From assembly GCF_902713615.1 (NCBI RefSeq), contig NC_052151.1:201775703-201839702 (forward strand): a stretch of DNA of 64,000 nt. Direction: 5' to 3'. Below, one piece after another: positions 48,901 through 62,149 of this stretch. This DNA comes from Scyliorhinus canicula. Its lineage: Eukaryota. The stretch's first letter is position 1. Every line of letters starts with the position of its first letter. The position numbers and the translations under genes are program-made. The notes beneath the pieces were generated by a model that worked only from the letters and a program-made list of their open reading frames with translations, made no database searches and was not told where the DNA came from.

Positions 48901-51900
48901 TGTATCTAACCCCATTCTGTACCTGTCCTGGAAGTGTTTGATGGGGACAGTGTAGAAGGAGCTTTACTCTGTCTCTAACCCCGTGATGTACCTGTCCTGG
49001 GAGTGTTTGATGGGTGATGTACCATCAATTGGACGCGAGGCACGATGAAGGTCCAAACTTAGGCTTTAATCAGCTAGATGTTAGCCCGGTGGTCGACTGT
49101 AGAGAAAGGCCGACCGCCGGGAACTCTGGGTACTTATACCCCGCCAGCGAGGCGGCGTCTACTTGCCTCTCGACCAATTGGTGAGCAGTTACATGACTAG
49201 TCGCAGCCAATCAGACGAGATGCACATGACCAGCCAGAGCCAGTGGGAAACCAGTGCTCTGCACCAATGGCAGTGCTCCCATTCATACCACCACAATGGG
49301 GACAGCGTCGAGGGAGTTTTACTCTGTATCTAACCCCGTGCTGTTCCTGTCCTGGGAGTGTTTGATGGGGACAGTGTAGAGGAAGCTTTACTCTGTATCG
49401 AACCCCGTGCTGTTCCTGTCCTGGGAGTGTTTGATGGGGACAGTGTCGAGGGAGCTTTACTCTGTATCTAACCCCATGCTGTACCTGTCCTAGGAGTGTT
49501 TGATGGGGACAGTGTAGCGGGTGCTTTACTCTGTATCTAACCCCGTGCTGTACCTGTCCTGTGAGTGTTTGATGGGGACAGTGTCGACGCAGCTTTAGTC
49601 TGTCTCTAACCCCGTGCTGTACGTGTCCTGGGAGTGTTTGATGGGGACAGTTACGAGGGAGCTTTACTCTTTATCTAACCCTGTGATGTACCTGTTGTGC
49701 GAGTGTTTGATGGGGACAGTGTAGCGGGTGCTTTACTCTGTATCTAACCCCGTGCTGTTCCTGTCCTGTGAGTGTTTGATGGGGACAGTGTCGAGGGAGC
49801 TTTACTCTGTCTCTAACCCCGTGATGTACCTGTCCTGGGAGTGTTTGATGGGTGATGTACCATCAATTGGACGCGAGCCACGATGAAAGTCCAAACTTAG
49901 GCTTTAATCAGCTAGATGTTAGCCCGGTGGTCGACTGCAGAGAAAGGCCGACCGCCGGGAACTCTGGGTACTTCTACCCCGCCTCTGAGGCGGGGTCTAC
50001 TTGCCTCTCGACCAATTGGTGAGCAGTCACATGACTAGCCGCAGCCAATCAGACGAGATGCACATGACCAGCCAGAGCCAGTGGGAAACCAGTGCTCTGC
50101 ACCAATGGCAGTGCTCCCATTCATACCACCACAATGGGGACAGTGTCGAGGGAGTTTTACTCTGTACCTAACCCCGTGCTGTTCCTTTCCTGGGAGTGTT
50201 TGATGAGGACAGTGTCGAGGGAGCTTTACTCTATATCTAACCCTGTGCTGTACCTGTCCTGGGAGTGTTTGATGGGGACAGTGTAGAGGAAGCTTTACTC
50301 TGTATCTAACCCCGTGCTGTACCTGTCCTGGGAGTGTTTGATGGGGACAGTGTAGAGGGAGTTTTACTCTGTATCTAACCCCGTGCTGTTCCTGTCCTGG
50401 GAGTGTTTGATGGGGACTGTGTAGAGGGAGCTTTACTCTGTATCTAACCCCGTGCTGTACCTGTCCTGGGAGTGTTTGATGGGGACAGTGTAGAGGGAGG
50501 ATTACTCTGTATCTAACCCCGTGCTGTTCCTGTCCTGGGAGTGTTTGATGGGGACAGTGCAGAGGGAGCTTTACTCTGTGTCTAACCCCGCGCTGTACCT
50601 GTCCTGGGAGTGTTAATTGGGAACAGTGTAGAAGGAGCTTTATTCTGTATCTAACCCCGTGCTGTACCTGTCCTGGGAGTGTTTGATGGGGACAGTGTAG
50701 ACGGAGCTTTTCTCTGTATCTAACCCCATTCTGTACCTGTCCTGGAAGTGTTTGATGGGGACAGTGTAGAAGGAGCTTTACTCTGTCTCTAACCCCGTGA
50801 TGTACCTGTCCTGGGAGTGTTTGATGGGTGATGTACCATCAATTGGACGCGAGGCACGATGAAGGTCCAAACTTAGGCTTTAATCAGCTAGATGTTAGCC
50901 CGGTGGTCGACTGTAGAGAAAGGCCGACCGCCGGGAACTCTGGGTACTTATACCCCGCCAGCGAGGCGGCGTCTACTTGCCTCTCGACCAATTGGTGAGC
51001 AGTTACATGACTAGTCGCAGCCAATCAGACGAGATGCACATGACCAGCCAGAGCCAGTGGGAAACCAGTGCTCTGCACCAATGGCAGTGCTCCCATTCAT
51101 ACCACCACAATGGGGACAGCGTCGAGGGAGTTTTACTCTGTATCTAACCCCGTGCTGTTCCTGTCCTGGGAGTGTTTGATGGGGACAGTGTAGAGGAAGC
51201 TTTACTCTGTATCTAACCCCGTGCTGTTCCTGTCCTGGGAGTGTTTGATGGGGACAGTGTCGAGGGAGCTTTACTCTGTATCTAACCCCATGCTGTACCT
51301 GTCCTAGGAGTGTTTGATGGGGACAGTGTAGCGGGTGCTTTACTCTGTATCTAACCCCGTGCTGTACCTGTCCTGTGAGTGTTTGATGGGGACAGTGTCG
51401 ACGCAGCTTTAGTCTGTCTCTAACCCCGTGCTGTACGTGTCCTGGGAGTGTTTGATGGGGACAGTTACGAGGGAGCTTTACTCTTTATCTAACCTTGTGA
51501 TGTACCTGTTGTGCGAGTGTTTGATGGGGACAGTGTAGCGGGTGCTTTACTCTGTATCTAACCCCGTGCTGTTCCTGTCCTGTGAGTGTTTGATGGGGAC
51601 AGTGTCGAGGGAGCTTTACTCTGTCTCTAACCCCGTGATGTACCTGTCCTGGGAGTGTTTGATGGGTGATGTACCATCAATTGGATGCGAGCCACGATGA
51701 AAGTCCAAACTTAGGCTTTAATCAGCTAGATGTTAGCCCGGTGGTCGACTGCAGAGAAAGGCCGACCGCCGGGAACTCTGGGTACTTCTACCCCGCCTCT
51801 GAGGCGGGGTCTACTTGCCTCTCGACCAATTGGTGAGCAGTCACATGACTAGCCGCAGCCAATCAGACGAGATGCACATGACCAGCCAGAGCCAGTGGGA

Positions 51901-54900
51901 AACCAGTGCTCTGCACCAATGGCAGTGCTCCCATTCATACCACCACAATGGGGACAGTGTCGAGGGAGTTTTACTCTGTACCTAACCCCGTGTTGTTCCT
52001 TTCCTGGGAGTGTTTGATGAGGACAGTGTCGAGGGAGCTTTACTCTATATCTAACCCTGTGCTGTACCTGTCCTGGGAGTGTTTGATGGGGACAGTGTAG
52101 AGGAAGCTTTACTCTGTATCTAACCCCGTGCTGTACCTGTCCTGGGAGTGTTTGATGGGGACAGTGTAGAGGGAGTTTTACTCTGTATCTAACCCCGTGC
52201 TGTTCCTGTCCTGGGAGTGTTTGATGGGGACTGTGTAGAGGGAGCTTTACTCTGTATCTAACCCCGTGCTGTACCTGTCCTGGGAGTGTTTGATGGGGAC
52301 AGTGTAGAGGGAGGATTACTCTGTATCTAACCCCGTGCTGTTCCTGTCCTGGGAGTGTTTGATGGGGACAGTGCAGAGGGAGCTTTACTCTGTATCTAAC
52401 CCTGTGCTGTTCCTGTCCATGGAGTGTTTGATTGGGGACAGTGCAGAGGGAGCTTTACTCTGTATCTAACCCCGTGCTGTACCTATCCTGGGAGTGTTTG
52501 ATGGGGACAGTGTAGAGGGAGCTTTACTCTGTATCTAACCCCGTGCTGTACCTGTCCTGGGAGTGTTTGATGGGGACAGTGTCGAGGGAGCTTTACTCTG
52601 TCTCTAACCCCGTGACGTGCCTGTCCTGGGAGTGTTTGATGGGTGATGTACCATTAATTGGACGCGAGGCACGATGAAGGTCCAAACTTAGGCTTTAATC
52701 AGCTAGATGTTAGCCCGGTGGTCGACTGCAGAGAAAGGCCGACCGCCGGGAAGGGTCTACTTGCCTCTCGACCAATTGGTGAGCAGTCACATGACTAGTC
52801 GCAGCCAATCAGACGAGATGCACATGACCAGCCTGAGCCAGTGGGAAACCAGAGCTCTGCACCAATGGCAGTGCTCCCATTCATACCACCACAATGGGGA
52901 CAGTGTCGATGGAGTTTTACTCTGTATCTAACCCCGTGCTGTACCTGCCCTGGGAATGTTTGATGGGGATAGTATCGAGGGGGCTTTACTCTGTATCTAA
53001 CCCCATGCTGTACCTGTCCTGGGAGTGTTTGATGGGGACAGTGTAGAAGATGCTTTACTCTGTGTCTAACCCCGCGCTGTACCTGTCCTGGGAGTGTTAA
53101 TTGGGAACAGTGTAGAAGGAGCTTTATTCTGTATCTAACCCTGTGCTGTTCCTGTCCATGGAGTGTTTGATGGGGACAGTGCAGAGGGAGCTTTACTCTG
53201 TATCTAACCCTGTGCTGTTCCTGTCCTGGGAATGTTTGATGGGGACAGTGCAGAGGGAGCTTTACTCTGTATCTAACCCTGTGCTGTTCCTGTCCATGGA
53301 GTGTTTGATGGGGACAGTGCAGAGGGAGCTTTACTCTGTATCTAACCCCGTGCTGTACCTATCCTGGGAGTGTTTGATGGGGACAGTGCAGAGGGAGCTT
53401 TACTCTGTATCTAACCCCGTGCTGTACCTGTCCTGGGAGTGTTTGATGGGGACAGTGTCGAGGGAGCTTTACTCTGTCTCTAACCCCGTGACGTACCTGT
53501 CCTGGGAGTGTTTGATGGACGATGTACCATCAATTGGACGCGAGTCACGATGAAGGTCCAAACTTAGGCTTTAGTCAGCTAGATGTTAGCCCGATGGTCG
53601 ACTGCAGAGAAAGGCCGACCGCCGGGAAGGGTCTACTTCCCTCTCGACCAATTGGTGAGCAGTCACATGACTACTCGCAGCCAATCAGAGGAGATGCACA
53701 TGACCAGCCTGAGCCAGTGGGAAACCAGAGCTCTGCACCAATGGCAGTGCTCCCACTCATACCACCTCAATGGGTCAGTGTCGATGGAGTTTTACTCTGT
53801 ATCTAACCCCGTGCTGTTCCTGTCCTGGGAGTGTTTGATGGGGACAGTGTAGAGGGAGCTTTACTCTGTATCTAACCCCGTGCTGTACCTGCCCTGGGAA
53901 TGTTTGATGGGGATAGTGTCGAGGGAGCTTTACTCTGTGTCTAACCCCGTGCTGTACCTGTCCTGGGAGTGTTAATTGGGAACAGTGTAGAAGGAGCTTT
54001 ATTCTGTATCTAACCCCGTGCTGTACCTGTCCTGGGAGTGTTTGATGGGGACAGTGTAGACGGAGGATTACTCTGTATCTAACCCCGTGCTGTTCCTGTC
54101 CTGGGAGTGTTTGATGGGGACAGTGCAGAGGGAGCTTTACTCTGTATCTAACCCTGTGCTGTTCCTGTCCATGGAATGTTTGATGGGGACAGTGCAGAGG
54201 GAGCTTTACTCTGTATCTAACCCCGTGCTGTACCTATCCTGGGAGTGTTTGATGGGGACAGTGCAGAGGGAGCTTTACTCTGTATCTAACCCCGTGCTGT
54301 ACCTGTCCTGGGTGTGTTTGATGGGGACAGTGTCGAGGGAGCTTTACTCTGTCTCTAACCCCATGCTGTACCTGTCCTGGGAGTGTTTGATGGGGACAGT
54401 GTAGAAGGATGCTTTACTCTGTATCTAACCCCGCGCTGTACCTGTCCTGGGAGTGTTTAATTGGGAACAGTGTAGAAGGAGCTTTATTCTGTATCTAACC
54501 CCGTGCTGTACCTGTCCTGGGAGTGTTTGATGGGGACAGTGTCGACGGAGCTTTTCTCTGTATCTAACCCCATTCTGTACCTGTCCTGGAAGTGTTTGAT
54601 GGGGACAGTGTAGAAGGAGCTTTACTCTGTCTCTAACCCCGTGATGTACCTGTCCTGGGAGTGTTTGATGGGTGATGTACCATCAATTGGACGCGAGGCA
54701 CGATGAAGGTCCAAACTTAGGCTTTAATCAGCTAGATGTTAGCCCGGTGGTCGACTGCAGAGAAAGGCCGACCGCCGGGAAGGGTCTACTTGCCTCTCGA
54801 CCAATTGGTGAGCAGTCATATGACTAGTCGCAGCCAATCAGACGAGATGCACATGACCAGCCTGAGCCAGTGGGAAACCAGAGCTCTGCACCAATGGCAG

Positions 54901-57900
54901 TGCTCCCATTCATACCACCACAATGGGGACAGTGTCGATGGAGTTTTACTCTGTATCTAACCCCGTGCTGTTCCTGTCCTGGGAGTGTTTGATGGGGACA
55001 GTGTAGAGGGAGCTTTAATCTGTATCTAACCCCGTGCTGTACCTGTCCTGGGAGTGTTTGATGGGGACAGTGTAGAGGGAGCTTTACTCTGTATCTAACC
55101 CCGTGCTGTACCTGCCCTGGGAATGTTTGATGGGGATAGTGTCGAGGGAGCTTTACTCTGTATCTAACCCCATGCTGTACCTGTCCTGGGAGTGTTTGAT
55201 GGGGACAGTGTAGAAGATGCTTTACTCTGTGTCTAACCCCGCGCTGTACCTGTCCTGGGAGTGTTAATTGGGAACAGTGTAGAAGGAGCTTTATTCTGTA
55301 TCTAACCCTGTGCTGTTCCTGTCCATGGAGTGTTTGATGGGGACAGTGCAGAGGGAGCTTTACTCTGTATCTAACCCTGTGCTGTTCCTGTCCTGGGAGT
55401 GTTTGATGGGGACAGTGCAGAGGGAGCTTTACTCTGTATCTAACCCTGTGCTGTTCCTGTCCATGGAGTGTTTGATGGGGACAGTGCAGAGGGAGCTTTA
55501 CTCTGTATCTAACCCCGTGCTGTTCCTGTCCTGGGAGTGTTTGATGGGGACAGTGTAGAGGGAGCTTTACTCTGTATCTAACCCCGTGCTGTACCTGTCC
55601 TGGGAGTGTTTGATGGGGACAGTGTAGAGGGAGCTTTACTCTGTATCTAACCCCGTGCTGTACCTGCCCTGGGAATGTTTGATGGGGATAGTGTCGAGGG
55701 AGCTTTACTCTGTATCTAACCCCATGCTGTACCTGTCCTGGGAGTGTTTGATGGGGACAGTGTAGAAGATGCTTTACTCTGTGTCTAACCCCGCGCTGTA
55801 CCTGTCCTGGGAGTGTTAATTGGGAACAGTGTAGAAGGAGATTTATTCTGTATCTAACCCTGTGCTGTTCCTGTCCATGGAGTGTTTGATGGGGACAGTG
55901 CAGAGGGAGCTTTACTCTGTATCTAACCCTGTGCTGTTCCTGTCCTGGGAGTGTTTGATGGGGACAGTGCAGAGGGAGCTTTACTCTGTATCTAACCCTG
56001 TGCTGTTCCTGTCCATGGAGTGTTTGATGGGGACAGTGCAGAGGGAGCTTTACTCTGTATCTAACCCCGTGCTGTACCTATCCTGGGAGTGTTTGATGGG
56101 GACAGTGCAGAGGGAGCTTTACTCTGTATCTAACCCCGTGCTGTACCTGTCCTGGGAGTGTTTGATGGGGACAGTGTCGAGGGAGCTTTACTCTGTCTCT
56201 AACCCCGTGACGTACCTGTCCTGGGAGTGTTTGATGGGCGATGTACCATCAATTGGACGCGAGTCACGATGAAGGTCCAAACTTAGGCTTTAGTCAGCTA
56301 GATGTTAGCCCGGTGGTCGACTGCAGAGAAAGGCCGACCGCCGGGAAGGGTCTACTTCCCTCTCGACCAATTGGTGAGCAGTCACATGACTAGCCGCAGC
56401 CAATCAGACGAGATGCACATGACCAGCCTGAGCCAGTGGGAAACCAGAGCTCTGCACCAATGGCAGTGCTCCCATTCATACCACCTCAATGGGGGACAGT
56501 GTCGATGGAGTTTTACTCTGTATCTAACCCCGTGCTGTTCCTGTCCTGGGAGTGTTTGATGGGGACAGTGTAGAGGGAGCTTTACTCTGTATCTAACCCC
56601 GTGCTGTACCTGCCCTGGGAATGTTTGATGGGGATAGTGTCGAGGGAGCTTTACTCTGTATCTAACCCCGTGCTGTACCTGTCCTGGGAGTGTTAATTGG
56701 GAACAGTGTAGAAGGAGCTTTATTCTGTATCTAACCGCGTGCTGTACCTGTCCTGGGAGTGTTTGATGGGGACAGTGTAGACGGAGCTTTACTCTGTATC
56801 GAACCCCGTGCTGTACGTGTCCTGTGAGTGTTTGATGGGGACAGTTACGAGGGAGCTTTACTCTGTCTCTAACCCCGTGATGTACCTGTCCTGGGAGTGT
56901 TTGATGGGTGATGTACCATCAATTGGACGCGAGGCACAATGAAGGTCCAAACTTAGGCTTTAATCAGCTAGATGTTAGCCCGGTGGTCGACTGTAGAGAA
57001 AGGCCGACCGCCGGGAACTCTGGGTACTTATACCCCGCCAGCGAGGCGGCGTCTACTTGCCTCTCGACCAATTGGTGAGCAGTTACATGACTAGTCGCAG
57101 CCAATCAGACGAGATGCACATGACCAGCCAGAGCCAGTGGGAAACCAGTGCTCTGCACCAATGGCAGTGCTCCCATTCATACCACCACAATGGGGACAGC
57201 GTCGAGGGAGTTTTACTCTGTATCAAACCCCGTGCTGTTCCTGTCCTGGGAGTGTTTGATGGGGACAGTGTAGAGGAAGCTTTACTCTGTATCTAACCCC
57301 GTGCTGTTCCTGTCCTGGGAGTGTTTGATGGGGACAGTGTCGAGGGAGCTTTACTCTGTATCTAACCCCATGCTGTACCTGTCCTAGGAGTGTTTGATGG
57401 GGACAGTGTAGCGGGTGCTTTACTCTGTATCTAACCTCGTGCTGTACCTGTCCTGTGAGTGTTTGATGGGGACAGTGTCGACGCAGCTTTAGTCTGTCTC
57501 TAACCCCGTGCTGTACGTGTCCTGGGAGTGTTTGATGGGGACAGTTACGAGGGAGCTTTACTCTTTATCTAACCCTGTGATGTACCTGTCGTGCGAGTGT
57601 TTGATGGGGACAGTGTAGCGGGTGCTTTACTCTGTATCTAACCCCGTGCTGTACCTGTCCTGTGAGTGTTTGATGGGGACAGTGTCGAGGGAGCTTTACT
57701 CTGTCTCTAACCCCGTGATGTACCTGTCCTGGGAGTGTTTGATGGGTGATGTACCATCAATTGGACGCGAGCCACGATGAAAGTCCAAACTTAGGCTTTA
57801 ATCAGCTAGATGTTAGCCCGGTGGTCGACTGCAGAGAAAGGCCGACCGCCGGGAACTCTGGGTACTTCTACCCCGCCTCTGAGGCGGGGTCTACTTGCCT

Positions 57901-60900
57901 CTCGACCAATTGGTGAGCAGTCACATGACTAGCCGCAGCCAATCAGACGAGATGCACATGACCAGCCAGAGCCAGTGGGAAACCAGTGCTCTGCACCAAT
58001 GGCAGTGCTCCCATTCATACCACCACAATGGGGACAGTGTCGAGGGAGTTTTACTCTGTACCTAACCCCGTGCTGTTCCTGTCCTGGGAGTGTTTGATGA
58101 GGACAGTGTCGAGGGAGCTTTACTCTATATCTAACCCTGTGCTGTACCTGTCCTGGGAGTGTTTGATGGGGACAGTGTAGAGGAAGCTTTACTCTGTATT
58201 TAACCCCGTGCTGTACCTGTCCTGGGAGTGTTTGATGGGGACAGTGTGGAGGGAGCTTTTCTCTGTATCTAACCCCGTGCTGTTCCTGTCCTGGGAGTGT
58301 TTGATGGGGACTGTGTAGAGTGAGCTTTACTCTGTATCTAACCCCGTGCTGTACCTGTCCTGGGAGTGTTTGATGGGGACAGTGTAGAGGGAGGATTACT
58401 CTGTATCTAACCCCGTGCTGTTCCGGTCCTGGGAGTGTTTGATGGGGAGAGTGCAGAGGGAGCTTTACTCTGTATCTAACCCTGTGCTGTTCCTGTCCAT
58501 GGAGTGTTTGATTGGGGACAGTGCAGAGGGAGATTTACTCTGCATCTAACCCCGTGCTTTACCTATCCTGGGAGTGTTTGATGGGGACAGTGTAGAGGGA
58601 GCTTTACTCTGTATCTAACCCCGTGCTGTACCTGTCCTGGGAGTGTTTGATGGGGACAGTGTCGAGGGAGCTTTACTCTGTCTCTAACCCCGTGACGTGC
58701 CTGTCCTGGGAGTGTTTGATGGGTGATGTACCATCAATTGGACGCGAGGCACGATGAATGTCCAAACTTAGGCTTTAATCAGCTAGATGTTAGGCCGGTG
58801 GTCGACTGCAGAGAAAGGCCGACCGCCGGGAAGGGTCTACTTGCCTCTCGACCAATTGGTGAGCAGTCATATGACTAGTCGCAGCCAATCAGACGAGATG
58901 CACATGACCAGCCTGAGCCAGTGGGAAACCAGAGCTCTGCACCAATGGCAGTGCTCCCATTCATACCACCACAATGGGGACAGTGTCGATGGAGTTTTAC
59001 TCTGTATCTAACCCCGTGCTGTTCCTGTCCTGGGAGTGTTTGATGGGGACAGTGTAGAGGGAGCTTTAATCTGTATCTAACCCCGTGCTGTACCTGTCCT
59101 GGGAGTGTTTGATGGGGACAGTGTAGAGGGAGCTTTACTCTGTATCTAACCCCGTGCTGTACCTGCCCTGGGAATGTTTGATGGGGATAGTGTCGAGGGA
59201 GCTTTACTCTGTATCTAACCCCATGCTGTACCTGTCCTGGGAGTGTTTGATGGGGACAGTGTAGAAGATGCTTTACTCTGTGTCTAACCCCGCGCTGTGC
59301 CTGTCCTGGGAGTGTTAATTGGGAACAGTGTAGAAGGAGCTTTATTCTGTATCTAACCCTGTGCTGTTCCTGTCCATGGAGTGTTTGATGGGGACAGTGC
59401 AGAGGGAGCTTTACTCTGTATCTGACCCTGTGCTGTTCCTGTCCTGGGAGTGTTTGATGGGGACAGTGCAGAGGGAGCTTTACTCTGTATCTAACCCTGT
59501 GCTGTTCCTGTCCATGGAGTGTTTGATGGGGACAGTGCAGAGGGAGCTTTACTCTGTATCTAACCCCGTGCTGTTCCTGTCCTGGGAGTGTTTGATGGGG
59601 ACAGTGTAGAGGGAGCTTTACTCTGTATCTAACCCCGTGCTGTACCTGTCCTGGGAGTGTTTGATGGGGACAGTGTAGAGGGAGCTTTACTCTGTATCTA
59701 ACCCCGTGCTGTACCTGCCCTGGGAATGTTTGATGGGGATAGTGTCGAGGGAGCTTTACTCTGTATCTAACCCCATGCTGTACCTGTCCTGGGAGTGTTT
59801 GATGGGGACAGTGCAGAGGGAGCTTTACTCTGTATCTAACCCCGTGCTGTACCTGTCCTGGGAGTGTTTGATGGGGACAGTGTCGAGGGAGCTTTACTCT
59901 GTCTCTAACCCCGTGACGTACCTGTCCTGGGAGTGTTTGATGGGCGATGTACCATCAATTGGACGCGAGTCACGATGAAGGTCCAAACTTAGGCTTTAGT
60001 CAGCTAGATGTTAGCCCGGTGGTCGACTGCAGAGAAAGGCCGACCGCCGGGAAGGGTCTACTTCCCTCTCGACCAATTGGTGAGCAGTCACATGACTAGT
60101 CGCAGCCAATCAGACGAGATGCACATGACCAGCCTGAGCCAGTGGGAAACCAGAGCTCTGCACCAATGGCAGTGCTCCCATTCATACCACCTCAATGGGG
60201 ACAGTGTCGATGGAGTTTTACTCTGTATCTAACCCCGTGCTGTTCCTGTCCTGGGAGTGTTTGATGGGGACAGTGTAGAGGGAGCTTTACTCTGTATCTA
60301 ACCCCGTGCTGTACCTGCCCTGGGAATGTTTGATTGGGATAGTGTCGAGGGAGCTTTACTCTGTATCTAACCCCGTGCTGTACCTGTCCTGGGAGTGTTA
60401 ATTGGGAACAGTGTAGAAGGAGCTTTATTCTGTATCTAACCCCGTGCTGTACCTGTCCTGGGAGTGTTTGATGGGGACAGTGTAGACGGAGCTTTACTCT
60501 GTATAGAACCCCGTGCTGTACGTGTCCTGTGAGTGTTTGATGGGGACAGTTGCGAGGGAGCTTTACTCTGTCTCTAACCCCGTGATGTACCTGTCCTGGG
60601 AGTGTTTGATGGGTGATGTACCATCAATTGGACGCGAGGCACAATGAAGGTCCAAACTTAGGCTTTAATCAGCTAGATGTTAGCCCGGTGGTCGACTGTA
60701 GAGAAAGGCCGACCGCCGGGAACTCTGGGTACTTATACCCCGCCAGCGAGGCGGCGTCTACTTGCCTCTCGACCAATTGGTGAGCAGTTACATGACTAGT
60801 CGCAGCCAATCAGACGAGATGCACATGACCAGCCAGAGCCAGTGGGAAACCAGTGCTCTGCACCAATGGCAGTGCTCCCATTCATACCACCACAATGGGG

Positions 60901-61953
60901 ACAGTGTCGAGGGAGTTTTACTCTGTATCTAACCCCGTGCTGTTCCTATCCTGGGAGTGTTTCATGGGGACAGTGTAGAGGAAGCTTTACTCTGTATCTA
61001 ACCCCGTGCTGTTCCTGTCCTGGGTGTGTTTGATGGGGACAGTGTCGAGGGAGCTTTTCTCTGTATCTAACCCCATTCTGTACCTGTCCTGGAAGTGTTT
61101 GATGGGGACAGTGTTGAGGGAGCTTTACTCTGTATCTAACCCCATGCTGTACCTGTCCTGGGAGTGTTCGATGGGGAAAGTGTAGAGAGTGCTTTACTCT
61201 GTATCTAATCCCGTGCTGTACCTGCCCTGGGAATGTTTGATGGGGATAGTGTCGAAGGAGCTTTACCCTGTATCTAACCCCATGCTGTACCTGTCCTGGG
61301 AGTGTTTGATGGGGACAGTGTAGAGGGAGCTTTACTCTGTATCTAACCCAGTGCTCTACCTGTCCCGTGAGTGTTTGATGGGGACAGTGTAGACGGAGTT
61401 TTACTCTGTATCTAGCCCCGTGCTGTTCCTGTCCTGGGATGGTTTGATGGGGACAGTGTCGAGGGAGCTTTACTCTGTATCTAACCCCGTGCTGTCCCTG
61501 TCCTGGTAGTGTTTGATGGGGACAGTGTAGAGGGTGCTTTACTCTGTATCTAACCCCGTGCTGTACCTGTCCTGGGAGTGTTTGATGGCGACAGTGTAGA
61601 GGGAGCTTTACTCCGTATCTAACCCCGTGCTGTACCTGTCCTCGGACTGTTTGATGGGGTGAATGTAGAGGGAGCTTTACTCTGTATCTAAAGCCGTCCT
61701 GTACCTGTCCTGGGTGTTTGATGTGGACAGGGTAGAGGGAGCTTTACTCTGTATCTAACCCTGCTGTACCTGTCCTGGGAGTGTTTGATGAGGACAGTGT
61801 AGAGGGAGCTTTACTCTGTACCTAACCCCGTGCTGTACCTGTACTGGGAGTGTTTGATGAGGACAGTGTAGAGGGAGCTTTACTCTGTATCTAACCCCGT
61901 GCTGTACCTGTTCTATGAGTGTTTGATGGAGACGGTGTAGAGGGAGATTTACT
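39951..61953 (+). repeat. About 22-kb 69-bp satellite array (roughly 240 monomers) with higher-order repeats
   Basis: Monomer CTGTATCTAACCCCGTGCTGTACCTGTCCTGGGAGTGTTTGATGGGGACAGTGTAGAGGGAGCTTTACT; block duplications at offsets of 3180, 1814 and about 3705-4051 bp. Confidence 0.97.
41779..60894 (-). mobile_element. 20 co-amplified copies of one Gypsy solo LTR (250 or 281 bp) embedded in the satellite
   Basis: Each copy reads TGATGTACC...CACCACA between ATGGG direct repeats; the reverse complement has TGTGG start, CCAAT boxes, GGGTATAAGT, ATTAAA and AATTGATGGTACATCA end. Starts near 41779, 42862, 43808, 44684, 46042, 46988, 47864, 49015, 49853, 50829, 51667, 52644, 53520, 54673, 56239, 56909, 57747, 58724, 59945 and 60614. 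Confidence 0.88.
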
Positions 61954-62149
61954 CGATATGTTACTCCTACACAGGTTTATTGCACATTTCCATAAATTGC
62001 ATCCGTGTCTTCATTTCCAAAGTAATTGCTTGTCTTGCAGTCTTTGAATCGTAATTGTGATCCTCGGTTCAATATCTCTGAAATTCTGCCTCCAGTCACT
62101 GAGCTTGTCTCGTTCCGCACTCACTGACTGTCTCCTCTTGTTCCCTCAG

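Noticed and set aside
39781-61033. Recurrent ORFs (RELYSVSNPVLYLSWECLMGTV; MLARWSTAEK...) as genes
   Set aside because: They arise because the 69-bp unit is 23 codons and from antisense reading of the LTR; stops are frequent and there is no domain or splice structure.
39951-61953. CRISPR-like repeat/spacer array
   Set aside because: The inserts are copies of one LTR rather than unique spacers, monomers are directly tandem, the context is a vertebrate intron, and there are no cas genes.
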